Source: a virus
Lineage: Duplodnaviria; Heunggongvirae; Uroviricota; Caudoviricetes
Length of the DNA stretch: 40,220 nucleotides
Reading direction: 5' to 3' (one strand)
IMG/VR virus record: IMGVR_UViG_2671181134_000016
Position numbers and translations under genes: made by a program
Notes under the pieces: model-generated
Databases searched by the model: none
What the model saw: only the letters and a program-made list of their open reading frames with translations
What the model was told of the DNA's origin: nothing
Shown: piece after piece, positions 1-8,653 of the stretch
How positions within the stretch are numbered: the stretch's first letter is position 1
Layout of the letters: the number at the start of each line of letters is the position of its first letter

Positions 1-567
1 ATGATCGAAAAAATTCTTGCAACTCCTGAGTTAACTGCTTTACTTCGTGATGAAGTCGAAGAAAATAATGTGTTTGTCAAATTGGATGCTGATTTTTATC
101 AGGATAACGGAAAACTAGATTGCCAAAAAATAATCAATCTTTCTGTGGATTCATATTATAATTCGCTTCGGTTGCCTATTACACCTCCTTCACCAGATAA
201 TATTTTAGTTATTAAGCGAGGGGATAATCGTTTTGCACTTTACATAATTGAGTTGAAGAATGTTGCAAAAGTTTCCCGATTAGATGAAGAAAATATACGA
301 TGCAAGTATAAGACAGCAGTAGACGATTTCATGCAAGAGCGTTTTTCTGATAGTTTTTTAAAAGAAGATGTGAAAATTACTGATTTTAATATATGGATTG
401 TATGTAATAGATTCTCTTTTTTAGGGAAAGAACTTACTGATGAACAGTATGCAAAAAAAGTAATTAATAATGGGGTTATGGAAAAGTTACTACTATCCAA
501 ACCTTATAGGTTTAGAGGTAAAATATCTCCTATAACTTTCCAGTTAAGTGGCTCTGAAGTGTGTTAA
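1..567 (+). CDS. Hypothetical cargo protein between prophage end and int; possible PD-(D/E)xK nuclease-like motif (PDNILVI ... IIELK). May be N-terminally truncated by the window edge.
   Basis: 188-codon ORF, AT-rich relative to phage core genes; D...ELK spacing reminiscent of restriction-endonuclease-like fold; no family recognised. Confidence 0.5.
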   Translation: MIEKILATPELTALLRDEVEENNVFVKLDADFYQDNGKLDCQKIINLSVDSYYNSLRLPITPPSPDNILVIKRGDNRFALYIIELKNVAKVSRLDEENIRCKYKTAVDDFMQERFSDSFLKEDVKITDFNIWIVCNRFSFLGKELTDEQYAKKVINNGVMEKLLLSKPYRFRGKISPITFQLSGSEVC

Positions 568-570
568 AAA

Positions 571-597
571 GTGAGGGGGAGTTTTCCCCCTCATTTT
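571..597. terminator. Bidirectional rho-independent terminator between the convergent cargo ORF and int
   Basis: Perfect hairpin GAGGGGGA-gttt-TCCCCCTC flanked by an A-run upstream and T-run downstream; overlaps the int stop codon. Confidence 0.6.
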
Positions 598-1721
598 AAT
601 TCTAACTTATTCCAATCTTTTCCCCTGTCATCATGGTAACGATCGGTTTGCTGCTGGGTTTTATGGCCCAGCAGTTTTCTGGTATCTATCCCTTGCTCCT
701 TGTAAAGGCGTTCAGATAAAGATCTTTGTTCATGAAAAGTTGCTGGAGTTCCAGTACCCCAATCAATTTTTGCCAGATCACGCGCCTTGCTAAAGTTCAT
801 CGTTAGTGTATTAGCTTTTACCTGTGCGCCACGTTCAGCCTGTGAGGTTGTGCGAAAAAAATGTACAAGATATGGACTGACAGCATAGTCACGGCAGCGG
901 GCTACTACATCTCGCAAACTCCAGTTAATCGCATTGAGACGCAGGGAAAGCGGGATGGCGATTTTGCTCCCAGTTTTTTCCTGGATGACATGGAGATGAT
1001 CATCCCAAATATCGCTAAATTTCATACGCGAGATATCACCTAACCTCTGACCGGTAACCAGTGCTGACAGCATGGCATTCCCCATATAACGATGACTGGC
1101 ATCTGCGATATCAAAGATTTTTTGCCATTCTTCAAGGCTTAACCGTTGTCGGGTAATTTTTCTTCTGGGCTGTTTGGTCGCTAATGCTGGATTATAGCCA
1201 GGAGGGACCTCCCCATAGTGTTGTGCCTCCTTGAATACATCAATTAGAACGGAGCGGACTACTTGCGCCATCCTCGGTTGCCCAGCAGTGATATACTCGT
1301 CAAGCAATTGTGCTATATCCCTTACATCAACGGATGAAATTAACTTCATTCCTGCTCGTTCCCTGAGCAAGGATACTGGTTTGGCTTTCTGTTTATAGGT
1401 GTTGAGCTTTATATCGCCACTTTTCAGTCTGTCATCCTGGATTGCTTGATAGCGATCTAACCAGGTTGACGTTGTGATTGCTTTTCCTTTGCTGGTTGCG
1501 ATCCTGTCACTGATAGCCAGAATCTGCCGGGTTCTTTGCTCAGCCAGGCGTGTATTGGCCTCAGTGGCAATAGCAATGGCTTCAGCTTCGTTTGTGCCCA
1601 AAGAATGAAACTTCCCGGTCACTGGATGCTTATATCGCCAATAGACTTTATTTACTTTTCTGCTATAGAGCGGATATAAGTTCGGGACTGAAACATTATT
1701 TTTACGTGGTCTGGCTGCCAT
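591..1721 (-). CDS. int: Lambda-family tyrosine integrase
   Basis: 376 aa; alignable by eye to lambda Int (WLDRYQ..., C-terminal LGHK...RYHDDRGKDWNKLELK versus lambda LGHKSDTMASQYRDDRGREWDKIEIK); ATG at 1721. Confidence 0.95.
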   Translation of the reverse strand: MAARPRKNNVSVPNLYPLYSRKVNKVYWRYKHPVTGKFHSLGTNEAEAIAIATEANTRLAEQRTRQILAISDRIATSKGKAITTSTWLDRYQAIQDDRLKSGDIKLNTYKQKAKPVSLLRERAGMKLISSVDVRDIAQLLDEYITAGQPRMAQVVRSVLIDVFKEAQHYGEVPPGYNPALATKQPRRKITRQRLSLEEWQKIFDIADASHRYMGNAMLSALVTGQRLGDISRMKFSDIWDDHLHVIQEKTGSKIAIPLSLRLNAINWSLRDVVARCRDYAVSPYLVHFFRTTSQAERGAQVKANTLTMNFSKARDLAKIDWGTGTPATFHEQRSLSERLYKEQGIDTRKLLGHKTQQQTDRYHDDRGKDWNKLELK

Positions 1722-1947
1722 TACTTAAAATCCTTTGTAGAATAATAGAATCACTTTTCTTGATGACAGGAGTAACTAATTCCCCAACTAACTCTGCGTC
1801 CTCACGCACTCGCCATAGTCGACCTTGTTTCATTGCCGGTGGACAAAATAAATTCTGCTTAGCATAACGACGCAATGTGGACACACTTGGAGGATTACTT
1901 CTGTATTTTTCCGTAGCCCATTCCTCAAGTGTCAGCATTTGAAGCAT
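1702..1947 (-). CDS. xis: Excisionase (Xis); start probably ATG at 1947 or 1938 rather than the track start at 1962
   Basis: MLTLEEW...PPSVSTLRRYAKQNLFCPPAMKQGRLW resembles lambda Xis (MYLTLQEW...VRRWVRECRIFPPPVKDGREY); overlaps the int start as in lambda; GAGG upstream of the 1947 ATG. Confidence 0.8.
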   Translation of the reverse strand: MLQMLTLEEWATEKYRSNPPSVSTLRRYAKQNLFCPPAMKQGRLWRVREDAELVGELVTPVIKKSDSIILQRILSNGSQTT

Positions 1948-1990
1948 TTTTGATAACCTCATTTCTTTTGCTACAAAACTATTTCACTAG

Positions 1991-2539
1991 TTAATTTCGC
2001 TGTCTGGATTGTTTATGTATCTTATGCAGCTCTTTAAAGCGTTCCATAAACATTCCGTAGGCATGGCCCGGTGCCAGTGGAATCACGTTGAACATCTCTG
2101 TTGCCGGGATGCCTTCCAGTACAGGCCAGAAAGAGCCATCATCAAGCCCGAGATCGCGGCGTTCGGTTGCCAGCATGATGAGATCGGCATATTTCACGGG
2201 CGTACTCATAACCGGGGGTAACCCGTATTTCTCACGGATTACGGCGTCTATTTTTTCTTCCATCTGTTTATAGTCAGGAAGAAGGCGTTTCAGTGGAGCG
2301 GGGATGTCCTGGCAATACGCTTCTGTTGCATCATGCATTAACGCTTCAAAAGCAAATTCCTGCGGTACCAGTTGGCTGCAAAGAACCGCATGTTGGGCGA
2401 CGCTGTAGAAGTGTGAAAGATGTCCTGCAAAACGACAGATATTTGAAAGGGAAACCGCGATATCGTTAATAACGATGTCGTCTTTATTTATCCTGTCATA
2501 ATAAAAATGCTTCCCAGAAAAAGTTTTAATAAATAACAT
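1991..2539 (-). CDS. HD-domain phosphohydrolase / 5'-deoxynucleotidase (YfdR-like)
   Basis: HD motif (ALMHDATEAY); about 182 aa from the internal ATG at 2539, similar in size to E. coli YfdR as I recall it. Confidence 0.75.
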   Translation of the reverse strand: MLFIKTFSGKHFYYDRINKDDIVINDIAVSLSNICRFAGHLSHFYSVAQHAVLCSQLVPQEFAFEALMHDATEAYCQDIPAPLKRLLPDYKQMEEKIDAVIREKYGLPPVMSTPVKYADLIMLATERRDLGLDDGSFWPVLEGIPATEMFNVIPLAPGHAYGMFMERFKELHKIHKQSRQRN

Positions 2540-2667
2540 TTTGTTCTCTACGTTATTTGCGCTGCACCGCACTGAATTCTGGTAAAAGGAAGCCCTCACC
2601 ATCCGGCGATTATTGAGTAAATTACGTTTCCATAAATGCCCCCACAGGGGCATTTGCAGTAATGAAA

Positions 2668-3492
2668 TCAGGCGTTGAAAGTACCAATAAAGGTTTTTAC
2701 TTTGCTGTCTTTGAATTTTTCAACAAGCAGATCACGAAATTCGTTAGCCATTTCTTCCTGCACTGCTTCCAGCTGAATAATGCGCAGAACCAGTACAGGG
2801 CGATCACCAGTGATAATGCTGAGTCGTAATTTAAACGGACGTTCTTTCAGGCCTTCAAACGGAACGCATTTAAATTCAAATGCCACTGGCATAATGTCTT
2901 TGGTCTTCGCTTCGACAGACTCCATCAGGGAGCGTTTGCCGCTGAAGTCATTGTCTTCAAAATCAGCAGTCTGGTTCGCTTCAATTGTGATTTTACGGAT
3001 CGCTGCAGCCGCTTTGGTTGCCTGAATGGCGTCACCATTAGCATCAAAGCCCACAAGGTAGTCGGCCCAGTCTTCAATCCATTCTGCCAGTGATTTCTGG
3101 GAGTTACGCTCGCCGTTAACAGACAACAGGGCAGAGAACGGTGCTGTCTTTTTCAGTTTGAGAGTGGCGGTGTTATCTGCGTGACCTGGTTCATCAATAG
3201 TACCCAGGTTAAGCACACTGACGGCACGCATATTATCAGCATCGATAAAGCAGCGGGTGCCTTCATCTGCAAGATCTTTAGAATAACGGGTAAAGTCATC
3301 GATGCTGGCAGTGGAAAGCGCACCACGGAAACGGAAGCGATTTAAATTAAATTTTTCCAGATCATGAATGCGGAAATTCTCAGGCAATGCCACAGCATCG
3401 GCACCAATCTTACTGATAATTTCATTAACACCCTGAGCAGAAATAAGGGCATGGATTTGATTAATTGCGGTTGCGTCTAAGTTCTGAGACAT
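2668..3492 (-). CDS. YfdQ-like protein (DUF2303-type prophage protein)
   Basis: 274 aa; GAGGA Shine-Dalgarno before the ATG at 3492; length and position match remembered yfdQ of CPS-53-type prophages. Confidence 0.65.
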   Translation of the reverse strand: MSQNLDATAINQIHALISAQGVNEIISKIGADAVALPENFRIHDLEKFNLNRFRFRGALSTASIDDFTRYSKDLADEGTRCFIDADNMRAVSVLNLGTIDEPGHADNTATLKLKKTAPFSALLSVNGERNSQKSLAEWIEDWADYLVGFDANGDAIQATKAAAAIRKITIEANQTADFEDNDFSGKRSLMESVEAKTKDIMPVAFEFKCVPFEGLKERPFKLRLSIITGDRPVLVLRIIQLEAVQEEMANEFRDLLVEKFKDSKVKTFIGTFNA

Positions 3493-3557
3493 AATAAGTC
3501 CTCACTATATTAAGATATTCAGTGATGAGATAAATAATCAGTTAATTAAGAACGATA

Positions 3558-3920
3558 TTAATGACCTGCTGCGCGGAGTTTTCCGTCAGGCTCACCGGCA
3601 AGAGTCAGTAATTGTCCCTGGTCTTCCTGCAGAATAGTCAGGCGACCACCGCGATTGACATACATCGGCGTTTCGGTGGTGTCTTCTTCGGAAATTTTCC
3701 CACGGTTAGTCGGGCGAACATATGAGAGTTTGTGTTTGATTTTCACACGGTTCTCATCAAATGGTTCGATTTCCAGGTTGAGTGAGACCTTACCTTTGGT
3801 TTTCGTGTTCATCACACCGGAAGCGACTTCACTGAGAACTGCGCCGATTTTGGTTTCAAATACGCCGCCGTCCAGCTCCCCGATAAATGCCTGCACATCA
3901 GTACTGCGTTCGCTAGCCAT
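3558..3920 (-). CDS. YfdP-like hypothetical protein (first gene of leftward early operon)
   Basis: Internal ATG at 3920 preceded by GAGGAG; about 120 aa; the long track ORF upstream extension has no RBS. Confidence 0.6.
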   Translation of the reverse strand: MASERSTDVQAFIGELDGGVFETKIGAVLSEVASGVMNTKTKGKVSLNLEIEPFDENRVKIKHKLSYVRPTNRGKISEEDTTETPMYVNRGGRLTILQEDQGQLLTLAGEPDGKLRAAGH

Positions 3921-4528
3921 TTTGCTGCTCCTCATCATATCGACCCTGCAAGGTCGGTTGGTTTCTCCACAAAACAGAGAAGAACACCTGCGGTGACTGC
4001 CGCCCGGATGGATTGGGTTATGAGCCCGTCGTCCGATGATGCTCTTCTCTGTTTTGTAAAAAGAGCGGTACCAGCCGGAAGCAAGGGTACAAACTGGTAC
4101 CGCCAAAGCAGTGGCTGTTGTGGTGGGGTTGTCACTCAGGCGTATGGTCAACCTGACAATCCGGTGTCCTCAACGGGGAAAGAGTAACCCCGCCATACTT
4201 ACCGCCGCGCCATTTCGCGGATTACCACAACGCTGAGAGCACTTAGCCAGTTACGGCACCACACTTTGTCGCGGCTCCATAAATGCCCTCATCGTTGCAC
4301 CCTGGTCTCTTCCCAGGCGTCAAACCGAATCGCCACGCTGGTTAGGCGTCTTATCAGCATCATCATTGACTTGCACATTCCGGCTACCTGGTTTGTTTGC
4401 CCGAGCAAGGAGTGGATTGTCCCCTTTAACGTCCCCAGACCGCTAACGACGCATGTGCCATACGCCGTGTTACAACCAAATTTTGTTAGTACCTTGTTTG
4501 TTTGTCTGGAAAGAAAGATAAAATGAAG

Positions 4529-4567
4529 TTGCGCATCATGCAAGTATTTTTGTTGCGAGATATGCAA
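4529..4567 (-). promoter_or_regulatory. OL-like operator pair (TTGCGCATCATGCAA and TTGCGAGATATGCAA) overlapping a leftward promoter (-35 TTGCAT, -10 TATCTT on the minus strand)
   Basis: Two TTGC-N7-GCAA dyads 24 bp apart, same dyad type as in the cI-cro intergenic region. Confidence 0.5.
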
Positions 4568-4581
4568 TTTAAAGGGTAATG

Positions 4582-4606
4582 AAAAGCCACCTTTGGGTGG
4601 CTAATT
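4582..4606 (-). terminator. Terminator downstream of cI
   Basis: GCCACC-tttg-GGTGGC hairpin followed by a T-run on the minus strand, 17 bp after the cI stop. Confidence 0.55.
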
Positions 4607-4622
4607 GATGAGGAGGTAAGGG

Positions 4623-5315
4623 TTAATTGTGTCGCTTAAGGGTTTGTGACTGGCTGATTAAGACCTTTCCAAAGACCATAAACCGGTGTTCATTTTCGCT
4701 GGTAATTCCCCATTCACGGTAAATCTGGTTATCAGAAATCACCAGTAGTTTGTCAGGTATCATTTGCAGTCGTTTGACATAAATTTTATCATCAAAACCA
4801 AATACATAGATACCATCTCCATCAAACTGATTGATACTGACATCAACGAAGATGAGATCTCCTGGCTCAATGGTTGGACACATACTGTCCCCACGAACGT
4901 TGATAACTTTAATGTGATTGGCTGGCCGTCCGCCAAACATCGATACAGCATTATCAGTTCTGTATTCAATGGCATGAATCACATCAATGACATCACCGCC
5001 CTGGATAAGGCCATTTCCCGCACTGGCACTGACATCCAGCATTTCAATACGGAATACATCCTTCACCTGCGCAACATCCTCACTAATACTGTTTTTACAT
5101 ACAGTATTACTTTTGAAGTCTGAGGTAAAGAGATCAGCAATATCAACACCTAAGCTCTTGGCAATATTACTCAGGGCTTGTTCAGTGAATTGTTTCTGCT
5201 TACCTGTTTCCAGGCGTGAGATATTCGCCGCATCCACTCCTATTGCTTCAGCGAGATCGGCGATTTTCATGTTCTTCGCCTGGCGAAGTTGTCTGACTCG
5301 GTTTCCTATGTTCAT
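4623..5315 (-). CDS. cI: CI-type prophage repressor (N-terminal HTH, C-terminal S24 LexA-like peptidase)
   Basis: XRE-type HTH (KIADLAEAIGVDAANISRLETGK) and S24 motif (VRGDSMCPTIEPGDLIFVD ... KRL); divergent from the cro-like gene. Confidence 0.9.
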   Translation of the reverse strand: MNIGNRVRQLRQAKNMKIADLAEAIGVDAANISRLETGKQKQFTEQALSNIAKSLGVDIADLFTSDFKSNTVCKNSISEDVAQVKDVFRIEMLDVSASAGNGLIQGGDVIDVIHAIEYRTDNAVSMFGGRPANHIKVINVRGDSMCPTIEPGDLIFVDVSINQFDGDGIYVFGFDDKIYVKRLQMIPDKLLVISDNQIYREWGITSENEHRFMVFGKVLISQSQTLKRHN

Positions 5316-5335
5316 GCGTTTATTACATTTCTTTA

Positions 5336-5400
5336 TTGCGCGTTAAGCAAATCAACTTGCGCAAAATATTTGCGTGAAATAATATGCTCATCACGCAATA
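5336..5400. promoter_or_regulatory. OR-like operator / divergent promoter region between cI and cro
   Basis: TTGCGCGTTAAGCAA (TTGC-N7-GCAA dyad), near-palindrome CGCAAAATATTTGCG, further ACGCAA half-site; 97 bp AT-rich intergenic between divergent genes. Confidence 0.65.
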
Positions 5401-5412
5401 TGTGGAGGTCAT

Positions 5413-5673
5413 ATGCAATCACCATTACGGAATGTGCGTAAGGCGCACGGATTTACTTTGCAGCATGTTGCTGCTGGCGTTCAGGTCAATCCAGCGACGC
5501 TGAGTCGTATTGAAAGACTGGAACAAATTCCATCTATCGATCTTGCAGAACGTCTGGCCAATTTTTTTAAGGGTGAAATCAGCGAAATGCAGATTCTTTA
5601 TCCGGCACGTTTTCAATCTAGCCAAAACCAGAATGGGTTTAAACCACAGGAACAGGAGGTAAGCCGTGGGTAA
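5413..5673 (+). CDS. cro: Cro-like HTH regulator
   Basis: HTH (FTLQHVAAGVQVNPATLSRIER); GGAGG before the ATG; first gene of the rightward operon. Confidence 0.75.
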   Translation: MQSPLRNVRKAHGFTLQHVAAGVQVNPATLSRIERLEQIPSIDLAERLANFFKGEISEMQILYPARFQSSQNQNGFKPQEQEVSRG

Positions 5674-6223
5674 TCATCACTGGAAAGTGGAAAAACAGCC
5701 TGAGTGGTACGTGAAAGCTGTCAGAAAAACTATCGCGGCGTTGCCGGGGGGTTACGCTGAAGCTGCTGAGTGGCTGGATGTAACAGAGAACGCATTATTT
5801 AACCGCCTTCGTGCCGATGGCGATCAGATTTTCCCGCTGGGATGGGCAATGATTTTACAACGTGCTGGTGGCACTCACTTCATTGCTGACGCTGTGGCGC
5901 AGTCTGCAAATGGCGTCTTTGTGTCTCTTCCTGACGTCGAGGATGTGGACAATGCCGATATTAACCAGCGTTTACTGGAAGTCATTGAACAGATCGGCAG
6001 TTATTCAAAACAGATTCGTTCGGCAATCGAAGACGGTGTAGTGGAACCGCATGAGAAGACAGCAATTAACGACGAGCTGTACCTCTCAATTTCGAAGCTG
6101 CAGGAGCATGCAGCACTTGTCTACAAAATTTTTTGCGTTTCAGAAAGTAATGACGCCCGCGAGTGTGCAGCTCCGGGCGTCGTGGCGTCGATTGCTTCTG
6201 GTTGTGGAGAAACTAACGCATGA
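5666..6223 (+). CDS. YmfL-like / CII-position regulatory protein
   Basis: 185 aa, GTG start with AGGAGG Shine-Dalgarno; position after cro; size matches remembered e14 YmfL. Confidence 0.55.
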   Translation: MGNHHWKVEKQPEWYVKAVRKTIAALPGGYAEAAEWLDVTENALFNRLRADGDQIFPLGWAMILQRAGGTHFIADAVAQSANGVFVSLPDVEDVDNADINQRLLEVIEQIGSYSKQIRSAIEDGVVEPHEKTAINDELYLSISKLQEHAALVYKIFCVSESNDARECAAPGVVASIASGCGETNA

Positions 6224-6558
6224 ACAGTTTAACAACACACTACCGTCGCTCGCAACTGATTGCGCTTCCTGTACCGGGTGGAAAAGCGAAGGTGGAGTAT
6301 TGCTATGCAGTAAATGTACCAGGTGACAGGGAAATTGTAACCCACAGCTTTGCTGAGTGGGCTGTGGGTGATTTCAACCGGCAGAAGGAGACAGTCCTTT
6401 GCGACAAGTTAACCGCTGGTTCAAAGATCACTACGGAGTGCCCGTCAGAGTCATTCGTTGGGAGCCGGAAACACAACGGGTTATCTACATCCGTGAAGGC
6501 TATGAGCATGAGTGCTTCAGCCCGCTCGAACAGTTTCGTCGTAAATTCAGGGAAATAG
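6220..6558 (+). CDS. YmfM-like hypothetical protein
   Basis: 112 aa; ATGA overlap with the preceding stop (translational coupling). Confidence 0.5.
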   Translation: MNSLTTHYRRSQLIALPVPGGKAKVEYCYAVNVPGDREIVTHSFAEWAVGDFNRQKETVLCDKLTAGSKITTECPSESFVGSRKHNGLSTSVKAMSMSASARSNSFVVNSGK

Positions 6559-6567
6559 AGGTCGGTC

Positions 6568-7509
6568 ATGAGCACTAAATTAACCGGCTATGTATGGGAT
6601 GGTTGCGCTGCGTCAGGCATGAAATTATCCAGCGTGGCAATTATGGCCCGCCTGGCTGATTTCAGTAATGACGAAGGTGTGTGCTGGCCATCAATTGAAA
6701 CTATTGCCCGTCAGATTGGCGCGGGGATGAGTACCGTCAGAACGGCTATCGCACGGCTGGAAGTAGAAGGCTGGTTAACGCGTAAGGCGCGTCGCCAGGG
6801 TAACCGCAATGCGTCGAATGTTTATCAGCTTAACGTTGCGAAGCTTCAGGCAGCGGCATTTTCTCAACTGTCAGATTCTGACCCGTCAAAATCTGACGCA
6901 TCAAAATCTGACCCGTCAAAATTTGATGCGTCGAAATCTGGCAAAAAAGCGGGTTTTCACCCGTCAGAATCTGGCGGGGATCCGTCAGTAAAATCAAAAC
7001 ATGATCCGTCAGATAAAAAACCTTCTCGTCCGGACGCTTCGCAACCGGACACGCAGACGGCTGAACAGGATTTTTTAACTCGCCATCCTGATGCGGTTGT
7101 ATTCAGCCCTAAAAAGCGCCAGTGGGGGACGCAGGATGATTTGACCTGCGCACAGTGGCTCTGGAAAAAAATCATCGCCCTGTACGAGCAGGCTGCCGAA
7201 TGTGACGGCGAGGTGGTTCGTCCCAAAGAACCGAACTGGACAGCCTGGGCAAACGAAATTCGCCTGATGTGTGTGCAGGATGGTCGTACTCACAAACAAA
7301 TCTGCGAGATGTACAGCCGCGTCAGCCGCGATCCGTTCTGGTGCCGTAACGTGCTCAGCCCGTCGAAGCTGCGGGAAAAATGGGATGAGCTTTCCCTGCG
7401 CTTATCGCCGTCCGTCAGCACGTACACCGAAAAACGCGAAGACCCGTACTTCAAAGCCAGTTACGACAACGTGGACTACAGCCAGATCCCGGCAGGATTC
7501 AGGGGGTGA
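6568..7509 (+). CDS. Replication initiation protein (O-like, N-terminal winged-helix domain) with an internal iteron-encoded acidic/serine repeat linker
   Basis: N-terminal HTH-like replication-protein segment; internal SDSDPSKSDASKSDPSKFDASKS repeats encoded by DNA iterons; AGAGG before the ATG. Confidence 0.75.
   Translation: MSTKLTGYVWDGCAASGMKLSSVAIMARLADFSNDEGVCWPSIETIARQIGAGMSTVRTAIARLEVEGWLTRKARRQGNRNASNVYQLNVAKLQAAAFSQLSDSDPSKSDASKSDPSKFDASKSGKKAGFHPSESGGDPSVKSKHDPSDKKPSRPDASQPDTQTAEQDFLTRHPDAVVFSPKKRQWGTQDDLTCAQWLWKKIIALYEQAAECDGEVVRPKEPNWTAWANEIRLMCVQDGRTHKQICEMYSRVSRDPFWCRNVLSPSKLREKWDELSLRLSPSVSTYTEKREDPYFKASYDNVDYSQIPAGFRG
6871..7015. repeat. Iteron array (putative origin of replication) inside the replication initiator gene, followed by an A-rich stretch
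   Basis: At least 6 direct repeats of the form CCGTCA(A/G)AATCTG / GCATCAAAATCTG, then aaaatcaaaacatgatccgtcagataaaaaa. Confidence 0.6.
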
Positions 7510-7511
7510 TC

Positions 7512-8000
7512 ATGAGTCTATTAAATGACGTTCAGAAATTCATTGAAGCCCATCCGGGGTGTACTTCCGGAGACATTGCAGATGCTTTTGCTGGTTACTC
7601 ACGGCAGCGCGTTCTGCAGTCAGCAAGCAAGTTACGTCAGAGTGGGCGTGTGGCTCACCGTTGTGAAGGGGATACACGCAGACATTTCCCGCGCCTGACT
7701 GAGAGAGCGCAGGAGCCGGAACCACAACCAGTTCGTGAAACCAGACCTGTGCGCAATTTCTATGTCGGCACTAACGATCCCCAGGTGATTTTGTGCCTGA
7801 CCCGCCAGGCGGAAGAACTGGAGTCCAGGGGCTTATTTCGTCGTGCTGCAACCGTGTGGATGGCGGCATTCCGTGAAAGCCACTCCCAGCCAGAACGAAA
7901 CAATTTTCTGGCGCGTCGTGAGCGGTGCTTACGGAAAAGCAGCAAGCGCGCTGCATCGGGTGAAGAGTGGTATCTGTCAGGGAATTACGTGGGGGCTTAA
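7512..8000 (+). CDS. Hypothetical DNA-binding protein, PerC-like C-terminal motif (AEELESRGLFRRAATVWMAAF)
   Basis: ATG at 7512 preceded by GGGGG; stop overlaps next start (TAATG). Confidence 0.5.
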   Translation: MSLLNDVQKFIEAHPGCTSGDIADAFAGYSRQRVLQSASKLRQSGRVAHRCEGDTRRHFPRLTERAQEPEPQPVRETRPVRNFYVGTNDPQVILCLTRQAEELESRGLFRRAATVWMAAFRESHSQPERNNFLARRERCLRKSSKRAASGEEWYLSGNYVGA

Positions 8001-8653
8001 TGAGTAATAAATATTGCCAGGCGCTGGTGGAGCTGCGGAACAAACCAGCCCATGAACTGAAGGAAGTGGGCGATCAGTGGCGCACGCCGGACAACATTTT
8101 CTGGGGAATTAACACCCTGTTTGGCCCGTTTGTTCTGGATCTGTTTACTGATGGTGATAACGCCAAATGTGCCGCTTATTACACTGCGGAAGACAACGCG
8201 CTGGCGCATGACTGGTCAGAACGTCTTGCGGAGCTTAAAGGTGCTGCCTTTGGTAATCCCCCATACAGCCGCGCCAGTCAGCATGAGGGGCAATACATCA
8301 CCGGCATGCGTTACATCATGAAGCATGCCAGTGCCATGCGTGATAAAGGCGGGCGCTATGTTTTCCTGATCAAAGCTGCCACCAGCGAAGTGTGGTGGCC
8401 GGAAGATGCAGATCATATTGCTTTTATTCGCGGGCGTATTGGTTTTGAACTGCCTGCCTGGTTTATCCCGAAAGATGAGAAGCAGGTGCCGACAGGCGCT
8501 TTCTTCGCTGGTGCTATTGCTGTTTTCGACAAGACCTGGAAGGGACCGGCAATCAGCTACATCGGGCGCGATGAACTTGAGGCATGTGGTGAGGCGTTTC
8601 TGGCGCAGGTTCGCCAGCAGGCGGAAAAACTGGTCAGGGAGATGGCGGCATGA
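8000..8653 (+). CDS. Phage DNA N6-adenine methyltransferase (Dam-type, orphan)
   Basis: NPPY catalytic motif (GNPPYSRAS); ATG at 8000 coupled to upstream stop. Confidence 0.85.
   Translation: MSNKYCQALVELRNKPAHELKEVGDQWRTPDNIFWGINTLFGPFVLDLFTDGDNAKCAAYYTAEDNALAHDWSERLAELKGAAFGNPPYSRASQHEGQYITGMRYIMKHASAMRDKGGRYVFLIKAATSEVWWPEDADHIAFIRGRIGFELPAWFIPKDEKQVPTGAFFAGAIAVFDKTWKGPAISYIGRDELEACGEAFLAQVRQQAEKLVREMAA

Noticed and set aside
1962-1962. ORF-track start codons taken at face value (e.g. 1962, 2653, 4151, 10163, 11179, 16260, 35786, 37394)
   Set aside because: Several track starts are TTG/GTG or lack a ribosome-binding site; starts were re-assigned to downstream ATG/GTG codons with Shine-Dalgarno support where homologue length was consistent.
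4266-4567. Overlapping ORFs (4266-4526 plus, 4289-4567 minus) in the region downstream of cI
   Set aside because: They overlap each other and the putative OL operators/promoter, lack Shine-Dalgarno sequences, and have no recognisable features; treated as non-coding leader.
6809-6991. 60-codon ORF with LTRQNL tandem repeats
   Set aside because: It is the alternate-frame translation of the iteron array inside the replication initiator gene, not an independent gene.
6871-7015. Possible CRISPR array (short direct repeats)
   Set aside because: Repeats are 13-15 bp, contiguous without unique spacers, lie inside a coding sequence, and no cas genes are present; interpreted as origin iterons.
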